Origin: Schmidtea polychroa
Lineage: Eukaryota
Reading direction: 5' to 3'
Length of the DNA stretch: 64,000 bases
NCBI GenBank assembly: GCA_044892525.1
Contig: CM097885.1
Span: 18,788,001-18,852,000, forward strand
The translations under genes were made by a program, and so were the position numbers. The notes under the pieces are model-generated. The model searched no databases, was not told the origin of the DNA, and saw nothing but the letters and a program-made list of their open reading frames with translations. This document shows, in pieces, positions 27,101-37,000 of this stretch. Each line of letters starts with the position of its first letter. Within the stretch, counting starts at the first letter, position 1.

Positions 27101-28557
27101 GGCTGTAATGATAAAAGAGAGGTTAAAACGAATCCTCGTTCTCCCATTTACGTTCGGTTGCTCTAAGACGTTCAATGTACAATTACATTTAAGATCAACG
27201 CGACCCTCATCTCAACGATATCTTAGGTAGGGAAAATGGACCTAAAATGCTAATTAATTTCCCCTTTCGATTTCTTCTTTAATTTAATTTAAGTTGGCTG
27301 GAGACTTACGAAATCCAAGTTTATAAGTCTCGGTTACAGAATTGTAGTTCGTATGTTTAAAGTGGAAATCCATGAGCTTAGTTTTGATAAACTACTGGTT
27401 GATACAGTAGAAGTGAGCGTTTAAAATTTTATAAATTAAACTTTTAATAGTAGTTGTTTAAATCATGCAAAGATTTAATTTAACTATTTATACCACTCTA
27501 TATTAATTCAAATATTAAACTTTTAATAGTGGTTGTTTAAATCATTCAAAGATTTAATTTAACTATTTATTCAAATATTATTTTTCATTTTTTAGAATTC
27601 TCCATTGATAATTTTTTGGCAAAATTTATGCTACTAGGACCCACTATGGGAAGCGGATGTTGCAAATTGTATGAATTTGTATTCAACTCTTTGTGAATCC
27701 CTGACCATAGTGGTTGTAAGTGGCCCTTTCATCAGCTGGTGCTCGATAGTAAGTTAAAATTTTTATCTTTTGTAGTTGCATAATTTCAGGAATGGGTCTC
27801 TAATTCCTCGGTTTTTAGTATTTCAATCATTCACGGTATTGGAGTTATTACTGTTTAGTGGAATCCAAAGTATGGCTATACTCCCAATTCGTGGGCATTT
27901 AGGAGAAATTTCGGGGATTTATGGTGGTTTCAGGATTTTACTGATCTGTGCCACAGGAATTTAAAGTGAAAATTGGGACTCGAGTTTTTCTGAGTAGTCC
28001 CCTTCTAGAAATTCCTTAATATTACCGGTAAGATTCTTTTTGTGATTAGAATGGTTTCGTAAACAAAATTTTTGATTTTATTAAATACATTTTCGCTTTC
28101 GTTGATTCTTATTTAAGTAATTTTGTTTGACGTAAATTAATAATTATCGAATAATTTTGTTAACTCCTCATGAGAACCTATATAGTTAGTAATCACGACT
28201 TGTTATTACTCCTTACTTTTGGTCCTACTGGGTGGGTATTCCGATTCAGACCGTCACTTTCGGGGACTAGGTCCCGTGGCTTACATGCGATCTACTTCTG
28301 GGGTAACAAGGGTTAAATTCATATGGGTGAGATAGTTTTTATCGAAAGATTAGAGTTTCTACTGACATGGTCGATGGCGATTGGCTCGTGTAGGGGAGAG
28401 TATGTGCCACCTATTCGGTCAGTTAGGAGTAGTTCGTAGGGGGTAACCCTTGGTTTGCAGGGTTGTTACTAATAATAGAAGCGGTATTATTGGTCTAACT
28501 TTGCTATGAGGGAAAGAAAAAATCGATACTGTCGGTTTTGAACTTTCCTATTAATAG

Positions 28558-29452
28558 TGTTGGGGTTCAACAAGAGAGGCACAAAAATGAGGTGAAAATT
28601 GACAAAAACACCAAATTCAGAATAAAAATTTAAAGTACAAAATATTAATTAAAAATCAAAAATTTTAAAAAAATGAATATTTTCTGGGGGAAACTGGTAT
28701 GGGCGGATGCTAAATAATGAGACGAGTTCAGCTATAATAAAATAAAATCAATGGGGGTCCCTAAAAGGAATAAATTACAAAAAACAAAAATTAATTAAAA
28801 ATTAATTAACTAATGGAAAACCCGAGCTAATGGGAAACCCGAGCTATTGGAGAACCCGAGCTAATGGGAAACCCGATACAATGGAAAACCCGAGCGAATT
28901 GAGAAATCCAATTTCGGGAAGGCAATTAATTTAGCCGGAGAAATCTAATTTTGGGAAGGCAATTAATTTAGCCGGATAAAAAGTAAAAAGCGCCGTCAAA
29001 CAAATTCCATTCAATTAAATTAGATCTCCAAGAGGAAGCCCGGGGGGAAATAGGACCAAAGATAATTGGCAAAAATAAAGTCAATTATTAAACGAGTATA
29101 AAAGCAACTGGCAAGAAAACAAAATGCCAGTTGGTCGAAGAAAAGAAAATAGAAGTTTGAAGAGAGCGAAAAGGGAAATATTAAAGTTAGTAGAAATTAA
29201 ACCATTTAAAAATCGAACGTACCAGAAAGGGACATCTCCCGTTGGAAGATCTACCCCTGCGTGAGATTTGTTAATAAATTGAAAAGTGCAGACAAAACCT
29301 GATTGTATCAAGTGTGAGTAAACTAATACAAGTGTAAAAGTGTAACTGCATCAGTGTCAATAAAGATTTTGTGTTGGGTTATTTATTTATTTATTTGCAA
29401 AAGAACACAAAGGAGTCAGACCGTAGTACCGACTTACATTAAAAACCCAACA
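28558..29452 (+). repeat. 5' LTR (895 bp)
   Basis: TGTTGGGG...CCCAACA; five 17-bp repeats (28811-28895); TATAAAA at 29097; AATAAA at 29359. Confidence 0.97.
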
Positions 29453-29456
29453 TATT

Positions 29457-29474
29457 TGGTGAGCCCGACGTGAT
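29457..29474 (+). promoter_or_regulatory. Primer binding site, tRNA-Trp
   Basis: TGGTGAGCCCGACGTGAT is complementary at 17/18 positions to the animal tRNA-Trp 3' end as recalled (ATCACGTCGGGGTCACCA). Confidence 0.85.
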
Positions 29475-29843
29475 CAAAAGTCGGTGAAAATTTGTTGAAA
29501 TTGTGATAATATTTGAGTGATACCGAAGATTAAAAAGATCGGTGAAAATTTGTTGAGATTAGTAAAGTATCGGAAAAATTTGGAAAAAGATAATAATTAA
29601 ATAAATAAATATTGAAGTGAAACGTTTATTTGAAAGTGGTGAACATTTATTTGAGAATTATTAAAGTGGTGATTTTATAATTGAAGCAAAGTGGAAAAAT
29701 TTGTAACGATTGATTGTTGAAAAGTCAAAATTAAAACGAAAGGAAAATTTTGTAATTGTAACACTTTGAATTTTAGACGAGTAAAGCCTGTGTTGACACG
29801 ATCATTTTATAAATTGAGAAGCCAAACACTAATAGAGAATTTA

Positions 29844-32800
29844 ATGAGTACCCAAAGACTAACCAATAATACAAATAACAACGACGAAACACCTGTGTCC
29901 ACGGTGGGCAACGGCAAGGAAGGCAATGATTATGCGAGTTGTCAAAAACTACCTGTGGATCAGTACGGTGGAGATCCGCTGGAATTTGTCGATTTTATGG
30001 CAGATTACTATATGTATGCGACGGCCTATGGATGGAGCCAATCGATAATGGTGCAAAGATTACCGCTATACCTAAAAGGAGCAGCCAGAGAAGCGTGGCA
30101 ACAAATTGATAAAAGAATAGTAGCAAATGACTGGACCAAGTTGAAAGACGCGTTAGCCACGAAATTAATCGGAGTGGATATCAAACGGATAATGCGACAG
30201 AAATTCTATAACCGCGTACAAAAGCCAGAGGAATCGGTAAGTGAGTTTGCTTATCATTTATCAACTCTTGCAGAGAAAGCGTTCGAAGTGAAACCAGAAC
30301 AGGCCGAGATGGCAAAGCAGGTAAAAGAATTATTGCAGGATCAATTCTTGTCAGGAGTAAAGAAAGAAATTAAAAAGGCTCTATGCTATGTTGATTTTAA
30401 TGACTTTGATGAATTGATCAAAAAGGCAATGAAAATTGAGCTAAATTTAAAAAGCACACAGTCAAAATCAGAGTCGTTTGCAGTCATCTCAGGCGCAAGC
30501 GAAAGATCAGTAACCCCAATTAGAAACAATCGTTTTCAACAAACAAGTAGTCCATCACCAAAATTTAGATCCAAATTTGAGTCGAACAAGTCAACAGATA
30601 TTCAAATAGATGGAAAGGAAGGTCCCATCCAATGTAGTCATTGCCAAAGGATTGGACACCATGTTAACCAATGCTGGTTTAAAAATAGAGTACAGAGAAG
30701 CCCAATTCCGATTCAGTGTGATAATTGCCAAAGAATGGGACATGACAGCAATCAATGCTGGTTCAAAAATAATGTACAACGGAGTCCAAGGCAAATGTGG
30801 TCTGATTGGTTAAAAGGAAATGGTGCGAAAAGTTTCACTAAAGCGAACATTAATGAGCCGAGAACTAATGATAACTTACAATGCTTTAATTGCGGAAGAA
30901 AAGGGCATGTGTCACGAAATTGTTTTCCAAGGTCAAGATCAACATCAACATCACCATCACCGCAGAGAGATAAAGTAAATCTACAAGGACAAATTCAATG
31001 TCATTCATGCAGAAGTTATGGACACATGGCTAGATCATGTCCAAGAAATATGGATAAATTCCAAAGACCCATATTAAAGAAATCGATTAGGTTTCAGAGT
31101 GACAAACCGCAGATGGATAATGTAGCTTTTATTCAGCCAGATAATTTTAATGAAAGAATTGAAAACGAAGTGAGAGAAATGGGTCGACGTTTGGATCGAT
31201 TGATGTCAAAGTTTGAATCAGAAGAGGACTACAATAATCACATGATGTATGAGTCGCAAGAGGAATTGAATGAAAAAGAGTCGAAAAGGAGAGTTATAAA
31301 AGATGATTTAGAAAGTGAAAAAGCAACAATGATAATGACCAGAATCGAAAAACTAATTGGAAATAATGAAATAGAGTCGGCTAAAGTGATCAAATCGTTG
31401 AGAGAATTAAGTCAAATATCTTTGAGTATGAGAAAGATAAAAAGTGTAATTAGCTTGTGCGTTAACTACTATAATATGAATCCAAAGTATAAAGAAGAAA
31501 TTAAAGAATTAATGAAAATATTTGGAAAAGCTTTGAGAGAGAAAACAGGGTTAGATTCCATCTTGGTGGAAGTAGTAAACGAGATTGATAAAAGTGTATT
31601 ATGTTGTCGTTGTGAGGCAAATGATTGTGTAAATGATTTAAAGAATAAATTAAAAGAAAAAAAGGAAGGATGCATGATAGAGTTGAGATTTAATGAGAGA
31701 TTGTTAGAAAATGACGAATTTTTAGTAGATTGTGGATTTATACCAGGGAATACAAATGAATTAAAAATGGAAAATGTAATTACTAGTGATGAAATAATGA
31801 GTAGTAAAATAATAGACAAAAGGAATTCAAGGGAGATATTAGAGGAATTAAATGATGCGTTATATATTGGAGATGAAGATGAAATCGATGAGAAGTTACA
31901 GATTATTGAGAAATTAGAAATGGAGGACAACGATAAACTAAAAATAGTGAATATAATACGACCATATTTACATGTGAAAACCAGATATGCCAAGTTATTA
32001 AGAAGTTTATTGCAAAGATTGGGCAAGGAGCTCAGAAAGGCAAGAGTAGAGTTAAAGCCATTTTTGATAGCATTAGATTATGAGGGATATGGCAAAACGG
32101 AATATGTAGACGAGCATTGGTGTGCAAAGGTCCGAAAATTGCGGAAGAGAGCGGCTGAAACGCTGGGAAAAGATGGAATTATTATAGTAATGTACAAAGG
32201 TGAAGAACTTGACGATGATGAATACCTATATGATTGTGGGTGTGTACCACAAGAGCTGGATGAAAACGGATATTTGATCCGAGATGGACGAGTGGGATAT
32301 TTAGTGAACCATATAGTCGTAGTAAAAGGAGTGAGTTTAGAAGTAAATATTGAGTCTAACAAGCCTGACACAGAGGAACAAGATGAAAAAGTTAAGGGAA
32401 ATAAAGAAATTGATGAAATCGTTAGTGATAATGAGCAAAAAGATCCTGATAACAAAGATCAGTCCACAGAACCAGACGTACAAGGAGAGCCACTTGTACC
32501 TGAAGGCGAAATAAATGGTGAAATCAAAAATAAGAAAGTTAGAACTTTATATGAAATAAAGAAATATTTAGTGAGGCTAGAACAGGACGTCGACGAAACT
32601 AAGAAAATGTTGAAACATCTCGTTAAAGCAGTATATCCAATGTTCGACATAGAAGTAGAGGTAGATGATGAACTGAAAGAAATAGTTAAAGAGATGAAGA
32701 ATAGGCTTCCTGAAGTGATGCAGAAATTTGGCGAAGAGAATACATTTTGCGAGAGATCAGTAATCGAAAATTTGGCAAAAAATGAAATTAATAAGGAGGT

Positions 32801-34022
32801 TATAATAATAGCTTTAACTTATGTTGTTTTAGAAATTGGAACGCATACGTTCGCAAGGTCAGACAAGTTAGAAAATTTGATAGACATCGCTGCCCGGCTA
32901 GTAAACGAATATTTAATGAGCTGGGTAAACGAAAAAGGTGGTTGGAAAACACTGTGTTCATCTCTAACAGAAAAGAAAAATGAGAAGCAAGAAATGAGTC
33001 CACCCCAAAGACGAGTAAATGAAAGAGTTAAGCCAGAACTAAGAAAAACTATGATATTTCCATGGGCGATGTTTATGGTGATTACGTTTTGTGCAATAAT
33101 TACACAGACATCATCTTTAGTTGCGTACGATTGTTCCCAAACTGAAATGGGAAAAGTTTATTCGGTAGTAGATATGTCGGAATGCCCAGGTGCGTATCCG
33201 AGCAGTTTAAAAATAGAAAATGACGTAAAATATTATGTGTATCAAGAGTCTGATCTGCGAAGAACTCAAGTGAGAGAGTGTATTGTCAAACATACAACAT
33301 TTGTATTCTATTGTGGTAAATGGAGCCATACGTCACTCATAAAAATGCATGCGATACCTAGGCCAGTCGAGGTGCTTCCAGAAAACTGTCTAGCAGCATT
33401 TCAAACAGGAGAATTAAAAATAAGTCCAGAAATTCGTTTAAAGGCAAAATTGAACCATAGAATACGAGAAACAATAATTGTAAAGGGAGTTATGAAAGCA
33501 AATGGCGACTGTGAAGGTGAACCATATAAAATGAACGGTAAAATTATTCAGCAAACAGTGGTGCTAGAAGAATATCTCACGGAGTTGAGAGAGTTCGAAG
33601 GAGCTTTCGATGATGATACGGGAAAATTACAAACTCATCCATTCTGTAATATGAAACAAACACATTGTCAAACAGGGGAATCGATTCTTGTTTATAATGT
33701 AGAAACAAATAAGTGTAATTTAGCGCACTTAAAAACTATGAACTTTAAAGAGCTAGTAGGAGAACAGTTTAGAGATAAACCAGATAATTTCAATATGAAT
33801 TATAGACCAAATAATACCATTAAATCAACCCCAGTATGGACAAAGCAAATGGGAACAGTTTTAATGTCTACGTTACCAAGCATGTGCAGGTTTAATTGGA
33901 ATTTACGTTATTATGATAACGGCAAAGGTGGTAGTGTCGCAAATGTTGTCAGTACATCGAATATACGTAATATCGGGATGGTCATGGAAATTAGTTATTG
34001 GTTGTATTCCATTGTTGGCTAG
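29844..34022 (+). CDS. gag: ORF1 polyprotein: Gag (capsid, 4 CCHC knuckles) - 2x(helical + ubiquitin-like) - Bcl-2-like - signal/TM - N-terminal half of a chuvirus-type glycoprotein
   Basis: First ATG at 29844. LKGAAREAW and QKPEESVSEF capsid motifs; CX2CX4HX4C at 30633, ~30717, 30882 and 30999; WVNEKGGW at 32922; AYDC at 33123; YCGKWSH. Confidence 0.9.
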   Translation: MSTQRLTNNTNNNDETPVSTVGNGKEGNDYASCQKLPVDQYGGDPLEFVDFMADYYMYATAYGWSQSIMVQRLPLYLKGAAREAWQQIDKRIVANDWTKLKDALATKLIGVDIKRIMRQKFYNRVQKPEESVSEFAYHLSTLAEKAFEVKPEQAEMAKQVKELLQDQFLSGVKKEIKKALCYVDFNDFDELIKKAMKIELNLKSTQSKSESFAVISGASERSVTPIRNNRFQQTSSPSPKFRSKFESNKSTDIQIDGKEGPIQCSHCQRIGHHVNQCWFKNRVQRSPIPIQCDNCQRMGHDSNQCWFKNNVQRSPRQMWSDWLKGNGAKSFTKANINEPRTNDNLQCFNCGRKGHVSRNCFPRSRSTSTSPSPQRDKVNLQGQIQCHSCRSYGHMARSCPRNMDKFQRPILKKSIRFQSDKPQMDNVAFIQPDNFNERIENEVREMGRRLDRLMSKFESEEDYNNHMMYESQEELNEKESKRRVIKDDLESEKATMIMTRIEKLIGNNEIESAKVIKSLRELSQISLSMRKIKSVISLCVNYYNMNPKYKEEIKELMKIFGKALREKTGLDSILVEVVNEIDKSVLCCRCEANDCVNDLKNKLKEKKEGCMIELRFNERLLENDEFLVDCGFIPGNTNELKMENVITSDEIMSSKIIDKRNSREILEELNDALYIGDEDEIDEKLQIIEKLEMEDNDKLKIVNIIRPYLHVKTRYAKLLRSLLQRLGKELRKARVELKPFLIALDYEGYGKTEYVDEHWCAKVRKLRKRAAETLGKDGIIIVMYKGEELDDDEYLYDCGCVPQELDENGYLIRDGRVGYLVNHIVVVKGVSLEVNIESNKPDTEEQDEKVKGNKEIDEIVSDNEQKDPDNKDQSTEPDVQGEPLVPEGEINGEIKNKKVRTLYEIKKYLVRLEQDVDETKKMLKHLVKAVYPMFDIEVEVDDELKEIVKEMKNRLPEVMQKFGEENTFCERSVIENLAKNEINKEVIIIALTYVVLEIGTHTFARSDKLENLIDIAARLVNEYLMSWVNEKGGWKTLCSSLTEKKNEKQEMSPPQRRVNERVKPELRKTMIFPWAMFMVITFCAIITQTSSLVAYDCSQTEMGKVYSVVDMSECPGAYPSSLKIENDVKYYVYQESDLRRTQVRECIVKHTTFVFYCGKWSHTSLIKMHAIPRPVEVLPENCLAAFQTGELKISPEIRLKAKLNHRIRETIIVKGVMKANGDCEGEPYKMNGKIIQQTVVLEEYLTELREFEGAFDDDTGKLQTHPFCNMKQTHCQTGESILVYNVETNKCNLAHLKTMNFKELVGEQFRDKPDNFNMNYRPNNTIKSTPVWTKQMGTVLMSTLPSMCRFNWNLRYYDNGKGGSVANVVSTSNIRNIGMVMEISYWLYSIVG

Positions 34023-37000
34023 ATTCTTTATTACAGATCATCAATTTAAAGAAATGGCAAGAGTAAGGGCACAATTAAGAAATGGCCGGAAAAGTGAGGA
34101 ATCGACGTGTCAGTCGGAAGATAAAAACGACAATCATAATGATGATAACAACAACGGGGAATCGGAGCATAAATGCTTTCGAAAAAGTGCAATAAAGAGT
34201 AAAGTAGAGCCAGAGTCCAGGTTCTTGCTTGAACCAATGCCAAAATTAAGCGGGATTGATACTCTTAGTAGATGGTATACCCCGACATTTAGACCAACAG
34301 CACCAGTATATCCAAGTGAAAAACTAAAAGAGATGAAATCGGTCGATAATATCACAATAGAATTAGAGAAGATTGAACCAACGAGTGCTGAAATTGAAAG
34401 AAAGAATATGCTTGGTCTACCATGCAGCTATGCACTAATGACAACAGTAGTAGGAGGAAAACAACCTCGAATAAACATACAGTTTAACAAGAGAAAAGTG
34501 GAAGCTTTATTAGACTCAGGCTCAAGTCATACTATAGTAGCGGAAAGTTTCTTGACGTATCAGGAGAAAGCCAAAATAAAACCAACGAATCACATTATTA
34601 AATCAATGTCACATAATGCACTAAATATTGTTGGAAAATTAGAAGTTAAACTTATAATTGGAGATCAAGAAATAATTCATTGGGTATCAGTGATGAGAAA
34701 AAGTCCTGTAAAATGTCTTATTGGCATGGATGTCATGGAGCAACTACGTGGAATCTCTCTTGATCTGAGAACTGGAAAACTAATAAAAGGACAAATGGGT
34801 GAAGTAGTGCCTGAAGTAGGAGAGGTATTTCTAAACCAAACATTGGAAGTACCACCAAAAAGCGAAGTAATATACTATGCAGATGTTATGAGGGTCTCAG
34901 ATGAGGAGTACATATTTGAGCCAAATCAAAAGCTGGTTGAAAAATACGATGTGCCTATGTGTGATGAAGTAGTGAAAGTTCAAAACAAGTCAGTACCAGT
35001 TAGAATAGCGAATTATAGTGCAAGATCCGTTGAAATAAAGCCCAAAACCAAATTGGGAAAATTAACAAAAATCAAATCAGAGGAAGCTCAGAAGTTACCG
35101 AGGAATATAAAAATTTATAAAGAACCTCAGATCACAAGCAAAGATTTGACGGATTTGCAAAAACAAGAATTCAGTGCATTATTAAAGAAATATAGAAATG
35201 TATTTGCAAAACATGAGTATGATCTGGGACTCACTCAGGTGATTGAGCATGAAATACCATTACTCAACGAAACCCCAATAAAATTACGGCCGTACAGAAT
35301 ACCATACATACATCAGGAAGAAAGTGATCGGCAAATCAAAGCAATGAAAGAATTCAATATAATAAGAGATAGTTCCTCACCATTCTCATCATCAATAGTA
35401 GTAGTTAAAAAGAAGGACGGTGATTTAAGATTTTGTGTTGACTATCGAAAACTGAACCAAGTAACGAGAAAAGATACATATCCTATTCCTGTTCCACAGG
35501 AAATGTTCGATCAGATGGGGGAGGTGCAATATTTTACGGTAATAGATCTTAATAAAGGATACAATCAATTTAAAGTCAAAGAGGAAGATAGAAGGAAAAC
35601 TGCATTTTCAGATGGGAAGGGTCTATATGAGTTTAACGTGTTACCATTCGGATTAACAGGAGCACCTGCTACATTTCAGAGAGGTATGAATTTTGTTTTG
35701 CGCGATATACCACATGCATTAGTGTATATTGACGATATAATAATATTTTCGAATAGTTTTCAGGAACATTTGCAGGATGTGGAAACAGTATTCAAGCGAT
35801 TGTTAGAAGCAAACTTAAAAATAAAACCCTCCAAATGTGAATGGAGAAAATCTGAAGTAGTTTATGTGGGTCATATCATTTCGCGTCGAGGTTTGCAACC
35901 AAATCCAGAAAATGTAGAGAAAATTAAGGAATATCCTATTCCCAAGGATGTAGATCAGGTTCGACAATTTCTGGGATTAGCTAGTTATTACAGAAAGTTT
36001 ATTAAAAGTTTCTCACATGTCGCACAACCTTTGAACATGTTATTGAAAAAGCAAGCAAAATTTAAATGGACAAAAGCTCAGCAAGAAGCGTTTGATAAAC
36101 TCAAAGAAAGCTTAATAAAACAGCCGATATTAAGATGTCCGAACTTTAAAAAACCGTTTATATTAATGACAGATGCCAGTAATTTCGCATTAGGCGCGGT
36201 ATTAGGACAGCAAGTAGAATGGGAAAAAGATCATGTAATTGCTTATGCCAGCAGATCATTGAAACCTCATGAGAAAAATTATTCGACAATCGAAAAAGAA
36301 ACGTTAGCATTGGTATATGGGATAACCACTTTTCGACAATACCTAGTGGGCAGAAAATTTGTTGTCTTTACGGATCACAATCCGTTACAATGGCTAATGA
36401 AGCACAGAGATTCGGCCAGTAAATTAATTAGGTGGTCAATCGCGTTACAAGAATATGATTTCGAGATAAAGTATCGTACAGGGAAGTCAAATGCAAATGC
36501 GGATGCTATGTCAAGAATACCAGTGGAAAATAATGTTGATCAGGATGAGAAAAATTGCGAAAATACAATATTTATGGCAATAAAAACCGCAAATAATATA
36601 GAAAAATTACAAGATGATCAAGAAAATGACGAGGAATTAAATCAGTTACGCCAACATGCTGTCACAATCAAAAAGGAGAGTGACTGGAAACATATTGCCG
36701 AAGAGAACCATAAATACATTATTCATGATGGTTTGTTAAAATGTGTACAAAATGAAAATTTGTTAATTATTGTTCCGACAAAACATCGAAAATCATTACT
36801 GTTGTTGTATCACGATGGAGCATTAGGAGGGCATTTATCAGCGCGAAAAACATTATCAAGATTGAAACAGAAATATTATTGGAAAACGATGGAACAAGAT
36901 GTCAGACAATGGTGTCATACGTGTGAGATATGCCTAACAAGACGAAATACGGGACGGAAAATAAAAGTTCCGCTTAAGCCTATGCCAGTGCCCAAGGCGC

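Noticed and set aside
28811..28895. 17-bp repeat array as a CRISPR-like locus
   Set aside because: Tandem repeats without spacers inside a eukaryotic LTR; no cas genes.
29081..29311. Identical 76-aa minus-strand ORFs here and at 44088-44318
   Set aside because: Identity reflects LTR duplication; non-ATG start and no domain.
31469..32455. Long minus-strand ORFs opposite ORF1 (also 39804-40136, 40472-40936, 22575-22988)
   Set aside because: Antisense shadows of real coding sequence, with Ser/Phe/Ile bias and no motifs.
33860..34022. Programmed gag-pol frameshift
   Set aside because: No clear slippery heptamer, and the frame change falls where the middle of the glycoprotein is missing. A deletion explains it better, though a frameshift is not excluded.
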